A stretch of 64,000 nucleotides of DNA from a virus: IMG/VR virus record IMGVR_UViG_3300025122_000006; one strand, given 5' to 3'. Shown one piece after another: positions 11,371 through 22,191 of the stretch. Position 1 is the first letter of the stretch. Every line of letters begins with the position of its first letter. Below the pieces are notes generated by a model. The model searched no databases. It was not told the DNA's origin and saw only the letters and a list, made by a program, of their open reading frames with translations. The translations under genes were made by a program, and so were the position numbers.

Positions 11371-14300
11371 TTAAAACAAATCTTTCAATGGATTAGTACA
11401 TTCCTCTCCATTTGCATCATAAGGGTTTGCTATAATTCTTCTTCTTTGTAATAAAGGAATTTTTGGTATCAAATTTGCTAAAGACATTTCATCAAAAGGG
11501 TTGTCAACTTCAAGGCGACCGTCTGAATCTTCTCGATCTGGATGTAATCCATCAGAGTCATTAGATAAATAGAGGCCTGCGAATTGTCTTCTTAGCATCC
11601 TCTTAGCTCTTTTATTATAAACTCCGTCACTCTCGTCTTCAGGGTCGGCGGGGTCTATTGCGTCAATGTCTCTCTCTATGAACTCAGTAGGATCATCTGA
11701 CGTGCCGAAGCCTAAAGCAAAGGGCCAATTGTGCATGCAATAAATCGCAGCCATAGAAGAAATCATGCTTGTAGAAAAAACTTTATCAAACATCAAGGTA
11801 TAAATTGGATTAGCTTGAACCTTGCTAACCATACAAGCTAAATCATAACTTTTGAGAGGATCAAAAGTGTCTAGGTTCTGATCAATTACCAAAATTTCCT
11901 CTGAAACCAGTGGGAGTATTAAATTGCCATCGTTAAACATTAGAGCCTTAGAAGCTTTGGATTTTCTTGTTAATTCAGAAGTAGAATCAATATTATATTT
12001 GCCTTTTGGAGGGATGATACTTATTCTTATACCGTAATATACCCCGGTATCACCAACTACACCAGCAGGACTCAATTCTTCATTAACATCTAAATTCTTT
12101 TTAGATATTAAAATAGTAAAGCCAGGTGGATCTCTGCCCAATAAATATTTTTGATGAAAACCAACAATTTCTTCTTCAAGATCAGGATTCAATGTAATAA
12201 ATTCTTGCAGCATTCTATCATTAATAAAAGCTCTCTTGCTTGTTGATTTTTTTTCATAAAAACTCTTTATATTTTTCTTATAGACAAATTCTAGATCACC
12301 AAAACAATCTGATAATCTAAAATCCCCTAAGCCTTCTTGACTTAGACTTGCTTTAAATTCGTTAAATTTTTCCGGAGAAATAATCCCCCTATACTCGTCA
12401 AGCCTGTTTAAAATAAAATCCGGAACAGGCTTATAAGATCCGTCTAGCTGGATCTTACTAGGGGGACCCTCCCTTAATCTAATATATTTCTCAACTATAA
12501 ATGTGGCCTTAGAAGCATCAGGTACATCAAAAGACATATTGTTTTCCGAGACACTAGGAATATTACCAGGGTCGCCGTCATTTTCATGACTTGCTAGTCC
12601 AATTCTAGAATTTGACATAGGAAATATTTTTTCCATACCAAGTAAATATTTTTTCGCATCGGAAATTGTTGGTGCCACAGACATTTCACCTGAAAATCTA
12701 TCAGACAATATTCTTATTTCCGACTTCATCATCTCCGACAAAATCAAAATACACTCTCTTTCTACTATTCTTATGGCCAATATTTTTGTAAAAAATCTCA
12801 ATTTTTTTAATCTAAATCTTTTTTTGCGCCTAATTTTCACCTCATCCTCAGCTTTAAACATATTATCTCCATATATTCTAAAAGCGGCGGCGGCATGATA
12901 AAAATATGAAATATCTGTTATGTCATCAGGGTGCATTTCTGCTCCGGGACATCGAAAAGTGTAGTCTACGTTTAAAAATTTTCTTTTTAATTTTCTAGTT
13001 GGATATACATAGTTTTTTTGAACCTGGTATATGATATCCAACGCCGATTGAATTTCGATTGGTGGTTTCAGCCCATCAACATCTATCATCCTCTGATAGG
13101 CCTGAACAGTCTGTTCTAAAAAAGTATACCAGTAATTTGATCTTTTTATTCTTATGCGACGGCTGGATCTTGCGGATCCTAGTCCGGTCATGGTTTCTTT
13201 CATCTTATTTACCATATACGTCGTACAAGCTAAATCATAATTATTTTCAGAAAACTTGAGGTTGGTAAAAATTCCTAAGCCTAATAAAAAATATTCTGCT
13301 GCATATGTGCGTAAAGTCGTTCTAACCACGCCATCTAAAGAAGCATGCGTTTTAGAATGTAGTAAGTGGTTGAACGGCCTAATAGAAATACAATCAGGGT
13401 CTTCAGCTAATCGCGAATCTTCTTGTAATCCATTCTTTAATTTATTAACTCTTTGTCCTATATCCTTAAATGCAAGAGCACCAGGGGTCTTAGGTTCACA
13501 GCCCTCATAGCCACCAAATAAAACTTGAGAAGTATCTAGCCAGCCAGTATAAGTCAAAGGCTTGATATGTATTGGCGGTCTTCTATAAGTACCTCCGTAT
13601 ACTTCGGGATCCAGAACCACGATCCTAGAATTGTTATATACTCCTAATATTTTTTCAGCGTTTCGTAAATTATATTCAGCTTTTCCATCCGGATTATAAT
13701 AAACAAAGTCATCTTCTATTAAGCTATCGGGCTTATAACCAAATCGAAAGCCATATGGAATATCATTATCCGGATCAATAAAAACACTATCTTTTACTGA
13801 TTTAGTGAATTCTTCGATGGTAGAATCAAACAAAGATTTATAATCTTGAGAGCCAATTAAATCCGAATAATTATAATTTAAAAATTTATCAAACACATAT
13901 TGCCTCATATTATTTTCCTTGTCCACACCATAGTTGATATTGATAGCGCTTAATACACCCACTTGTTCATCAGAAAGCTCTATTGGTATAATTGAGGAAT
14001 AATCTGCTTCATATGAAGGGTCGTCTTTACTAATATTTTCGGTCACAGATGAATAATAATCGAAATAACCAGGATTAACAGAATGATAAGTAACATTTGA
14101 ATAAGATTCGTAATAAACCCTATTTCTTTTTGGCAAAATATCTTTATTATCTTTCTGATCATTGACAAATCTTAAAAATATATTATGTTCTTTGTTTCCG
14201 TCGTTCTTACTAACAGCTTCTTCAGTCAATATTTCATCTATACGAAATCCTGGGCTATATGGTTCAGACTTTATTTTTTCTGTAGAAAATCCAGCGCTAG

Positions 14301-17300
14301 ATTTGATTTCAAAATTGTCTTCCTTTGAGGCTTCATCTCTCAATTTTATACATACTGTCTCTGGAAAAATTCCTTCCGGGTCGGGTTTTCCGGTACCTTC
14401 ACTTGTAAGTTTCATCGTAGCTTGTAATATTTTCCCAGCGTCGGCATATTTTATTTCATGTTCATCTGGATGATTGGCGTAATTCGACCACAAATGAGTT
14501 CTTTTAACTCTTAAAATATGAAAAAACAAAGTCTTATCGTTCATATCTCGTAGCGCTTCGTTAAAAATCCCGCCTCGTCCTAAAAAACTTCGTTTTATAA
14601 TTCTATTGAGTGCCTCAAACTCTTCTTCTGTATCTGTCCTTTCCTGGTCTTTTTCGAATTCGGACTGTTGATTTTGTATAATATCATCACAACACTCTTC
14701 ATCATTGTCATATATATCGTCAATCCCAGCATCTTCAGCTAATTTGCCGCAATCATCATCGGCGTCGGTGTGCAGCCCGAACAGGTCAGCCACGGGCGCA
14801 GTGAACAAACCGGGGCCGTCCAAAGCAGCTTTATCATCCATAAAGTCTGCCAGAGCCTCTTCGGTCAAATCGTTTAGTCGATTGACTTGGGCAAATGCAT
14901 CTTCACGAGAAAGTCCTTTGTCTCTAAGCAATTGCTCTCTCAATTTGTTCCATTCATCTAACTGTTCATTTGTTAAACAAATAGCGCTACTAATTGGAAG
15001 ATTTGGGATGCCCTCATCAAGCATGTCCTGTATTCTTTCTTTATCTTCTGATGATAAAAAACTACCAACTGTCCAGAAAAAATAGCTAACCTTGCCTGGT
15101 GATCCGAGCAATACCTCTAATTCCGGTGCAAGTGTATTAATCGCAGTCGCTATTCTATCATTTAATTCATCGTCGGGCTCATCAGAAGTTATAGCATTTA
15201 ATAATTCATCTTGAGCAGCGAGACCAGATATTAAATTTGTGGCTTTGGCGGCATGGAGACCGAATAAAGAATCAGAAATAGCCCTGGCATTTTCATATCC
15301 AGGATCGGGTCCACAAAATGCTGCATCTAAAGCTTTATAGAAAGAATCCTCTAAATTTTTAGATCCGAGGCTCTCAGCGGCAAGACCACCGATAGTTTCT
15401 AGTGCTTTACAAAAAGCGCTCTCGAGGCTATCAAGAATTTTTTTGAACATATCTACTAAAAGTTTAGTAAATAATTCTTGTAATTTCTTTCTGACTTCGT
15501 CCCTAACTTTTTTTCTGAGCGAATATCTCCAATTAGTAGGAGGCATGACTAGTTTCGGAAAGGAAATCTGGAGAGTCGGATCACAAATATCGACTTTCAA
15601 AGAATTTAAAAATTCTGCCGGCGGTGGATAAAATAGAGGTTGGCTTGGGCATGGCTTTATTAGCGTCTCTAAAAGATTTATGACAAGATCGGGAATTGGA
15701 AACTGTTTTAGCATTTCAAATAAGTTTGTTGATGGGATAAAATCAAATAAAGATTCTATGGCTTCAACTAATACAGCACCAATCAATTTATTTACTTTTA
15801 CGCCCAAATTTGTTTCTTCATAATCTTGAACAGCCTGTTCATACTCGCTTTTGCCTAGTGCTCCTATTTTTGTATTAACCAAGTCTACACCAGCGCCCCT
15901 ACGTTGTTCCCGACCTTCAGCTCGGACTGCCCTCTTTTCTGCAGCATCTTCTTGAAGAGTTGAGCCTTCCAACAATGCTGGCTGGTTTAATAGACTAAGA
16001 AATTTTTTCCGAGCAGCCTCTAATTCTTCTTTGTCTCTATCTTTTATTGCGGAACGAATATTTCGTCTTAAAAGTCTTTCATTATGTTTTTTATCTTTAT
16101 CGTTTTCACCTTTGAAAGATTTCGCATCATAATCATAAACCTTATCAACTTCTAATTTCAATGCCCATATTCCAAAAGTTGTATCGCCGCCTTCCAAGAG
16201 ATAAGCCACTTCTTCGAGATTTTGTGGAGACAAATCATCGGCGGGGAGGACGGATTTCCTTATCACATCCATGGCTCGATCTATTTCTGCTAACATCGGG
16301 CCCGAAACTGCTCTTAAATTTGCATTTGGCTGTTGTTCTAGCAAAAATCCAAGTAATTTCGCTACACCTAAACCCTTTCCAAATTGTTTCTGGATTTGTC
16401 TATCGATCTCTCTTTTGATATTTGCCGGAAGCCCGTTAAGGAAGGCTTGAAAAACATATAGATCCATATATTCAAAGATCTTTCTTATGGCTGCATCAAG
16501 TATTTTTTCTAAAGTCAAGCCTCCAGTTAAACATTTTATAACTGTTCCGCTTAATTTTGAAACACCGCAAACACCGAAAACAGCAAGAAAATCATTTAAA
16601 CCCTCAACATCCTTAAGAGTATTAATATCTTTTTTTAATGTATCAACGATAGTAAATTCTTTCTCAAAAGTTGCCCGGAGTGCATCTTTTGTATCATGAG
16701 CCCAAGGAGAATTTGTAATTTTATCTCCAAATTTTTCTTCATTTGCAGCATATTTTTCTTCGGCTTCTTGTTTCGCAATTTCTCTCGTGCTTTCTACAGT
16801 TTCTGGGTATCTATTTTCAAAGCGTTGTCGAGTCCATGGAACATGGTCTTCATCGGCAGTTAGCTCGATATAATTGAAATTATCGACAATAATCTGTATT
16901 TCTTCGTTATAAATATCATTTGTAAATCGATCGACCATTTCTGCGCGTCGTTCTGCTGCTCTTTCGGCTTTTCTCTCTTTTCTGTTTTTCTTGTCTTTTT
17001 CCGCGGAGGCGCCATCCTCCACTGCTGCCTCTCTTTGTTTGCATGCTTCTTTTGCTCGTTCATATGCCCATATATCGGCAGCAGATAAAATGGTTTCTGT
17101 TACAGAATCTATAAGGTTTCCATCGCCGAGTGCTAATTCCTGTTCCAAAAAACAAGCAAGAGCACTTTTTTGTTCTTCTGTGGCTGCTCCACTATTTAAA
17201 CCATAATCTGCTATCATTGTTGGATAGAAATATTCCAAAGTAAATTCAAGCCAAGGTTTTGTCTCTAGTGCCGTTAAATCAATTGTAATTTCATCAAGCC

Positions 17301-18585
17301 GAGCCAAAAAAGCCAAAACAGTCGGATATTTATTAAGAACGAAGCTCCCATTCAGTCTTACATATTCTTTGCATCCAGATTTTGCGTAAACTTGATATTT
17401 GTTGTTCTTTTTTGCTATATTAAAAGGAATCTCGTCTGTAGTATCGAAAACTATTTTTATTTTTTCGGCTTCGGTTCGTATACCAAAGGTGGGAACATTA
17501 AACAGAAACAATCTTTCAAAACCATTTTGAGCTAAAACGTCATTCAAAAGAGCTTTAAATTCAGTTATCTCGCTTATAACTTGAGCGTAATTTAGCCTAT
17601 TCAAGCTAGGATCTTCTCCAACTATAGGCTGTTCTGCTCTAATTAATAAATCATCAACGCGTTGAAACGCCGAGTAATAAAAGCTGAAGGCGTTGAGAGA
17701 TACTCTTAATTTAAACAAACGATCTGATAAACTTTGTGTATCAAGAACTATTTCGTCTAAATTAAATGCAAGATCTTCAGTTATATCTGATACTCCAATC
17801 GGAGCTTCTGGGATTTTATTAAAATTTTCAGCAGGAATCGAGATTAAATATTTTTTCCCTTCATTATATCGATAATTAACATAAGTCTCTTCTATTACTG
17901 TGACCCACTCTAAAGCATAAGGGTGAACCATCGGATATAAATTTTCTATTTTTTCTAGTCGACTTGAAAGATCAGAGCCGAAGTAAGTTGTCAAATACTC
18001 TTTTAATTGACCTTGTTCATTTTCAGAAGGGAAAAGCCCGAATCTTTCAAATCTATCTTTATCTAGCAACCCCTTCGTAACAAGTCCGGTTAAGGCTAGT
18101 GCTGAGATACCTCCCGGTACTCCTGCAAAAGCGATGCCCAATAATACACCAGCTATTTTTGCTGATTTAAATTTTTCTGCTTTTGTTTTATATTCCTCTA
18201 TATCAGCGCGGAGATCTTGTATCTCTTTTTTAGTTGCAGAACAGCCGCCAAAAGAACAGACGGTTTCGTCTGCTATCAATTTATCATATTGTGATAATAA
18301 TCTTCTTATTCCTTCGCGAATAATTTCTTGCTCTAATCGATCGTCAGCCGGGAATATTATTCCACCTGGCTGTTCTCCTGATACTTCTAATTCGTTAATT
18401 ACTATTTTATATTGACAAGTGGCTTCATCTAGCCAGCCTTCTGTCATTTTAAACCATCGCTTTTCGAGCACATAGTTGGGGTTCTTTGTGCAAGTTGGAC
18501 AAATTTGTTTTTCAACAAACGATTGTCGTTCTACGATGCATTCGTCTTGTTGAAAATCAGAAAATTTTTCTTCTGCTTCAGCCAT
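11371..18585 (-). CDS. 2404-aa hypothetical protein, probably tail/baseplate-associated (helical, one hydrophobic segment)
   Basis: Intact long ORF between spike and gp25 genes; hydrophobic IAGVLLGIAFAGVPGGISALALTGLV; charged coiled-coil stretches; no recognisable catalytic motif. Confidence 0.5.
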   Translation of the reverse strand: MAEAEEKFSDFQQDECIVERQSFVEKQICPTCTKNPNYVLEKRWFKMTEGWLDEATCQYKIVINELEVSGEQPGGIIFPADDRLEQEIIREGIRRLLSQYDKLIADETVCSFGGCSATKKEIQDLRADIEEYKTKAEKFKSAKIAGVLLGIAFAGVPGGISALALTGLVTKGLLDKDRFERFGLFPSENEQGQLKEYLTTYFGSDLSSRLEKIENLYPMVHPYALEWVTVIEETYVNYRYNEGKKYLISIPAENFNKIPEAPIGVSDITEDLAFNLDEIVLDTQSLSDRLFKLRVSLNAFSFYYSAFQRVDDLLIRAEQPIVGEDPSLNRLNYAQVISEITEFKALLNDVLAQNGFERLFLFNVPTFGIRTEAEKIKIVFDTTDEIPFNIAKKNNKYQVYAKSGCKEYVRLNGSFVLNKYPTVLAFLARLDEITIDLTALETKPWLEFTLEYFYPTMIADYGLNSGAATEEQKSALACFLEQELALGDGNLIDSVTETILSAADIWAYERAKEACKQREAAVEDGASAEKDKKNRKERKAERAAERRAEMVDRFTNDIYNEEIQIIVDNFNYIELTADEDHVPWTRQRFENRYPETVESTREIAKQEAEEKYAANEEKFGDKITNSPWAHDTKDALRATFEKEFTIVDTLKKDINTLKDVEGLNDFLAVFGVCGVSKLSGTVIKCLTGGLTLEKILDAAIRKIFEYMDLYVFQAFLNGLPANIKREIDRQIQKQFGKGLGVAKLLGFLLEQQPNANLRAVSGPMLAEIDRAMDVIRKSVLPADDLSPQNLEEVAYLLEGGDTTFGIWALKLEVDKVYDYDAKSFKGENDKDKKHNERLLRRNIRSAIKDRDKEELEAARKKFLSLLNQPALLEGSTLQEDAAEKRAVRAEGREQRRGAGVDLVNTKIGALGKSEYEQAVQDYEETNLGVKVNKLIGAVLVEAIESLFDFIPSTNLFEMLKQFPIPDLVINLLETLIKPCPSQPLFYPPPAEFLNSLKVDICDPTLQISFPKLVMPPTNWRYSLRKKVRDEVRKKLQELFTKLLVDMFKKILDSLESAFCKALETIGGLAAESLGSKNLEDSFYKALDAAFCGPDPGYENARAISDSLFGLHAAKATNLISGLAAQDELLNAITSDEPDDELNDRIATAINTLAPELEVLLGSPGKVSYFFWTVGSFLSSEDKERIQDMLDEGIPNLPISSAICLTNEQLDEWNKLREQLLRDKGLSREDAFAQVNRLNDLTEEALADFMDDKAALDGPGLFTAPVADLFGLHTDADDDCGKLAEDAGIDDIYDNDEECCDDIIQNQQSEFEKDQERTDTEEEFEALNRIIKRSFLGRGGIFNEALRDMNDKTLFFHILRVKRTHLWSNYANHPDEHEIKYADAGKILQATMKLTSEGTGKPDPEGIFPETVCIKLRDEASKEDNFEIKSSAGFSTEKIKSEPYSPGFRIDEILTEEAVSKNDGNKEHNIFLRFVNDQKDNKDILPKRNRVYYESYSNVTYHSVNPGYFDYYSSVTENISKDDPSYEADYSSIIPIELSDEQVGVLSAININYGVDKENNMRQYVFDKFLNYNYSDLIGSQDYKSLFDSTIEEFTKSVKDSVFIDPDNDIPYGFRFGYKPDSLIEDDFVYYNPDGKAEYNLRNAEKILGVYNNSRIVVLDPEVYGGTYRRPPIHIKPLTYTGWLDTSQVLFGGYEGCEPKTPGALAFKDIGQRVNKLKNGLQEDSRLAEDPDCISIRPFNHLLHSKTHASLDGVVRTTLRTYAAEYFLLGLGIFTNLKFSENNYDLACTTYMVNKMKETMTGLGSARSSRRIRIKRSNYWYTFLEQTVQAYQRMIDVDGLKPPIEIQSALDIIYQVQKNYVYPTRKLKRKFLNVDYTFRCPGAEMHPDDITDISYFYHAAAAFRIYGDNMFKAEDEVKIRRKKRFRLKKLRFFTKILAIRIVERECILILSEMMKSEIRILSDRFSGEMSVAPTISDAKKYLLGMEKIFPMSNSRIGLASHENDGDPGNIPSVSENNMSFDVPDASKATFIVEKYIRLREGPPSKIQLDGSYKPVPDFILNRLDEYRGIISPEKFNEFKASLSQEGLGDFRLSDCFGDLEFVYKKNIKSFYEKKSTSKRAFINDRMLQEFITLNPDLEEEIVGFHQKYLLGRDPPGFTILISKKNLDVNEELSPAGVVGDTGVYYGIRISIIPPKGKYNIDSTSELTRKSKASKALMFNDGNLILPLVSEEILVIDQNLDTFDPLKSYDLACMVSKVQANPIYTLMFDKVFSTSMISSMAAIYCMHNWPFALGFGTSDDPTEFIERDIDAIDPADPEDESDGVYNKRAKRMLRRQFAGLYLSNDSDGLHPDREDSDGRLEVDNPFDEMSLANLIPKIPLLQRRRIIANPYDANGEECTNPLKDLF

Positions 18586-18594
18586 TTTTAGTCC

Positions 18595-19584
18595 TCAAAT
18601 TCCTTTTACATGTTTTGATAGAAAAGGGGTAGATCCCCTCGGTGTCATGAAGTTTTCTCTAATGTTATCTATCTGAGACCTCACGTTTGCTGCTTGTTGT
18701 ATAGAAATAAAATTCTGTATTTTTGTAATAGCTCCCCCGACAATTCCAATAGAACTTGGTGTTGTCGGAGCTCCAAAGCCAGGAGCAGAGTCATGGAAAT
18801 GACTACCGAAGGCTTTTGCAAGCAAGGACATATTAGTTGTATTGTCCTCAACTTTTTGTAAAATCTGTATCAACACTTCTAATAACTCATCTAACATTTG
18901 CGATAGATCCTCGCCCCTCACAACACCTTGAACTTTTTTTCTAACTGCAATAGCCTGCTTGGACACATCTAAAAGATTAAGGCATACATATTTTTCATCA
19001 TGAGAATAATTTCCGGGAATTATTTCAATAGGTTGTACGCCGTCTATATCACCAGCATTGGAATTTTTTTCATCGTGACGACCATCAAGCCTAGACTTTC
19101 CAGTTACAATCTTAAAACCTTCTCTAGCATGTAATCTGATCGTGTCCGACTTTAAACCAATCATGGATCTGGCTTTTACGTTTGAACCAGCCAAGCCCAT
19201 GTAATGATCTGGGTCTGCTTGTTGTGAAATATAAATCCTTGATGCATCAATAGTAAAATTGGGGCTTAACATTGTATTTGAACTGGGGACTCCTCCGGGA
19301 AAAGAAGACGCCAAACCAGCAATCAAATCTATTCTAGATGTCTGTGTGGCTCCTTGTCCGCCGTAACCTGAAGATGGGCCTGTCGGCTTGTCCTCGCCGA
19401 GAATTATCAATTGATTGGTGGGGCCCCTCGTAATCGTTTCATTCTGGGCTACTTCTAAAGTGGGGCAAGCCTGGTCAATTGTGGTATTTTGAATGCCCCT
19501 TCTTCTATTATTCGCACGAAGGCCTGACAGCCTACTTTGATCCCAAAAATTTCCCTGATCCTGTAGTTTCTTCTTTCTAGTCAC
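18595..19584 (-). CDS. Baseplate spike-like protein (gp5/gpV C-terminal type)
   Basis: beta-repeat-like IGLKSDTIRLHAREGFKIVTG; VVRGEDL; C-terminal H-x-H (SHFHDS) as in metal-binding spike tips; baseplate context. Confidence 0.55.
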   Translation of the reverse strand: MTRKKKLQDQGNFWDQSRLSGLRANNRRRGIQNTTIDQACPTLEVAQNETITRGPTNQLIILGEDKPTGPSSGYGGQGATQTSRIDLIAGLASSFPGGVPSSNTMLSPNFTIDASRIYISQQADPDHYMGLAGSNVKARSMIGLKSDTIRLHAREGFKIVTGKSRLDGRHDEKNSNAGDIDGVQPIEIIPGNYSHDEKYVCLNLLDVSKQAIAVRKKVQGVVRGEDLSQMLDELLEVLIQILQKVEDNTTNMSLLAKAFGSHFHDSAPGFGAPTTPSSIGIVGGAITKIQNFISIQQAANVRSQIDNIRENFMTPRGSTPFLSKHVKGI

Positions 19585-20882
19585 TTGAACCTCTCCCAGG
19601 CTGGGGCGGCGGGATCAACGCTCGATTGGGTTTGTGTGGTTGATGGAGCTCCTGTGACGAGGGCGGTATAATCGACGTTCGATTGGGCTGGTGTAGTTGG
19701 CGGAGCTACTCCGGAAGGAACAGCAGTCGGTTCTACATTTTGTGCTGTAGCGGTAGCAAGCATCTGACTCATTACTGTTTTAGAAACAACATTCCCAAAA
19801 TCAAAATGTACTGGATCGTAATTTCCACCAAAATGGCCACCCCATCGTAAATTAATTGATTCTCCGATCTCAACAATTCCAGAATCTACCCAGTCCTTTT
19901 TAGGACGAACTGATTTGATCCACTCTCCAGAACTCAAAACGGGATTAAAATCAATTGACATCCCGGCATTATGATAACTAGTTCCTCCGGCAGCTGGTTT
20001 AATTCCGGTGCTCCCGGCTGCGACCCACGCAGCAAGCAGCTCATTTGATCTTTTAGGAGATCTATATCCATCATTCATATATATCGATATCTTTTTTTCT
20101 TCATACGCTTTGTATATAAAGGCTTTAATGTAGGGCGCAAATTCTGGGTGTAAAGTAGCAATGAATCTATCGCTTCGGGCTTTATAGGGAATTGTTGTAG
20201 ATGAATCATATTTTCCAGCCCAAAAGGCGATGCTGCTGTCTGTTTCGCCGAACAGAAGAGCCTGACTCAGCGTCTGGGGCTGTCCTCCTTCAAAGAGCTT
20301 TGCTGCAGGGGTTTTGTCTGTTATTCCAAACAATTTATCAAACTCCGGTTCTCTTTCAATGTTTCCTCGAGGAAAATCAAACCTCACATTGTTAAAGCTT
20401 GTTTTATCTGTATTATTTTCAAACCGACACCAAACTTTGCATCCAAATTCCAAAGAAGATTGTACCGCGGTGTCGGTTGAAGATCTAATTCGACACAAGT
20501 GGGTACAAATGTTCATCAATTCTTTCAATTTTGTTAAACGTTTTGCCGGCGTATCTGTAGCAAAAGTTAAAATATCTGGTATCATTGAACCGAACAGAGA
20601 AGGAGTTTTCCAAGGATAAATTGTAATTTCCAAATATGTGTTATTATTGGAGTCCGTCACCCGAGTGGCATCATCAAAATCGTTTCCTGTGCCAGTATTT
20701 TGTTCTGTTCTATAGCCGGATAAAACAATGCCCCAAAAGCCGTTAGGCCTTTCACGATTCATTGCTTCATTGTTCATATTATCTGTCTTTATGGCCGACC
20801 TCCAATACCAAAGATCAATCGGATCATTGCTGTATTGATTAATCAGATACGGGTTTAACATGTTGGGTTTATACTTAGGCAT
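19581..20882 (-). CDS. Baseplate-associated peptidoglycan hydrolase with C-terminal M15 (L-Ala-D-Glu peptidase-like) domain
   Basis: DGYRS, SYHNAGMSIDF, LRWGGHF...DPVHFD match M15 Zn ligands H/D/H; N-terminal ~200 aa uncharacterised. Confidence 0.8.
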   Translation of the reverse strand: MPKYKPNMLNPYLINQYSNDPIDLWYWRSAIKTDNMNNEAMNRERPNGFWGIVLSGYRTEQNTGTGNDFDDATRVTDSNNNTYLEITIYPWKTPSLFGSMIPDILTFATDTPAKRLTKLKELMNICTHLCRIRSSTDTAVQSSLEFGCKVWCRFENNTDKTSFNNVRFDFPRGNIEREPEFDKLFGITDKTPAAKLFEGGQPQTLSQALLFGETDSSIAFWAGKYDSSTTIPYKARSDRFIATLHPEFAPYIKAFIYKAYEEKKISIYMNDGYRSPKRSNELLAAWVAAGSTGIKPAAGGTSYHNAGMSIDFNPVLSSGEWIKSVRPKKDWVDSGIVEIGESINLRWGGHFGGNYDPVHFDFGNVVSKTVMSQMLATATAQNVEPTAVPSGVAPPTTPAQSNVDYTALVTGAPSTTQTQSSVDPAAPAWERFK

Positions 20883-21166
20883 TATTTATTCTCCGATTTT
20901 TGTATTTGTTCAAAAATTTGAACAAAATCGTCCTCAGTTAATTCCTCAGATTTTTCTTGTTTTGATATTAAAGAGCATAATTTAACTAATTGTTCGTTAG
21001 ATCTTTGCAAGGTCTCAACATATTTAGCTAATGTCATGCCAATCTCTTTATGCCGAGCATCGTCAACACTGAGCCACTTAATTGCATCGTCTAGCAGTTC
21101 TCTCGTGATCTCTCTGTCTTCTGTTATATTTTTTATTGCTTGATCTATGTGTTTTCTGCTTTTCAT
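20882..21166 (-). CDS. Hypothetical helical protein (likely start MKSRKH at 21166)
   Basis: ORF track 20882..21202; the upstream extension overlaps the sigma gene. Confidence 0.6.
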   Translation of the reverse strand: MKSRKHIDQAIKNITEDREITRELLDDAIKWLSVDDARHKEIGMTLAKYVETLQRSNEQLVKLCSLISKQEKSEELTEDDFVQIFEQIQKSENK

Positions 21167-21185
21167 ATAAATAATTAGATCTGGT

Positions 21186-21896
21186 CTAGATTTTACCATC
21201 ATCCCAATCGGATTTAAACTCCTTATACCTTTTCCTCATTTTATTGAGATGAGTAACTATTTGCTTTGTGTTCATCCCGGTTAATTCCCTAAGATAAAGA
21301 TAAACCGCTTTTTTATTAAAAATTTCTATATCATCAACAGACGATAAAACAATCTTAACTGCTTCATAGACCTTTCTTTCGGCTTCTTTTTCATAATCCA
21401 CTTCCCAAGAATCAATCTCTTCCCACAAATTTTTCCAAAATTCTCTATTCACTCTTTCTTGATAATATTGATCTCCCGGATCAATAAAGCTGGATCGTAA
21501 CTCAAGTTCCGCTTCTTCATATGGAACTTCTCTCCGAAGTCTTTTGGTATTACGTTTTACTTTATGAATAAACCAGTTTTTTGTAATAACAGAAAAATAT
21601 GAAAATGCCTTCGACCCTCTATTTGGATCATACTTATCCAATATCGTAGTCAACCATACCTTACATTCCATTCGTAATTCATCAATATTTGGCAGAGAAG
21701 TAAATTTATATGAAAAAACAATTTTATCAACCAATTGATTAAATGCTGGTTGTATTAATTTTTCATATAATATTTCTTTTTCTGGATACGAAGAAGTTGT
21801 GCAGTATTTAATGATCGCTTCTTCGTGTTCCTGCGTAAAATACATCTTTTTCTTGTTCGTTTTCTTGTTCATTTTCTTGTTCATTTTCTTGTTCAA
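21186..21896 (-). CDS. Phage RNA polymerase sigma factor (T4 gp55-like late sigma)
   Basis: YFTQEHEEAI...LDKYDPNRGSKAFSYFSVITKNWFI is a sigma region-2 pattern of gp55-like factors; C-terminal HTH-like LRELTGMNTKQIV. Confidence 0.75.
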   Translation of the reverse strand: MNKKMNKKMNKKTNKKKMYFTQEHEEAIIKYCTTSSYPEKEILYEKLIQPAFNQLVDKIVFSYKFTSLPNIDELRMECKVWLTTILDKYDPNRGSKAFSYFSVITKNWFIHKVKRNTKRLRREVPYEEAELELRSSFIDPGDQYYQERVNREFWKNLWEEIDSWEVDYEKEAERKVYEAVKIVLSSVDDIEIFNKKAVYLYLRELTGMNTKQIVTHLNKMRKRYKEFKSDWDDGKI

Positions 21897-22191
21897 TTTC
21901 GAGAGGTTCTGTTAAATAAATAATTTCGCCATACTGATCTTCTAAAATTTTTAAAAGAGAGTTTGTATGTTGTAACAGAAAGTTTAAATTCTCATCTCCA
22001 TAAAATGTTTCCATAGAATAAAGATCCTTTAAGTGATTCCGATAGTTTGAAATCATTTCAAATAAATCATTAATATTTCCGGAAACGATAAATAACTTTT
22101 TAGATTGTTCTCGAATAAACCAGAAAAAAAATCCATTAATAAACAATGATATTATTAAAAAAATACTAAGCCATAATTTAATTGTCATCAA
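21808..22191 (-). CDS. Hypothetical membrane-anchored protein
   Basis: N-terminal TM (LWLSIFLIISLFINGFFFWFI); acidic EQEN-repeat tail. Confidence 0.65.
   Translation of the reverse strand: MMTIKLWLSIFLIISLFINGFFFWFIREQSKKLFIVSGNINDLFEMISNYRNHLKDLYSMETFYGDENLNFLLQHTNSLLKILEDQYGEIIYLTEPLEIEQENEQENEQENEQEKDVFYAGTRRSDH
21848..21895. repeat. Tandem repeat, 4 x 12 bp (TTTTCTTGTTCR)
   Basis: Units at 21848, 21860, 21872, 21884; encodes EQEN-type repeats in one frame and (L/M/T)NKK repeats in the overlapping sigma frame. Confidence 0.95.
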
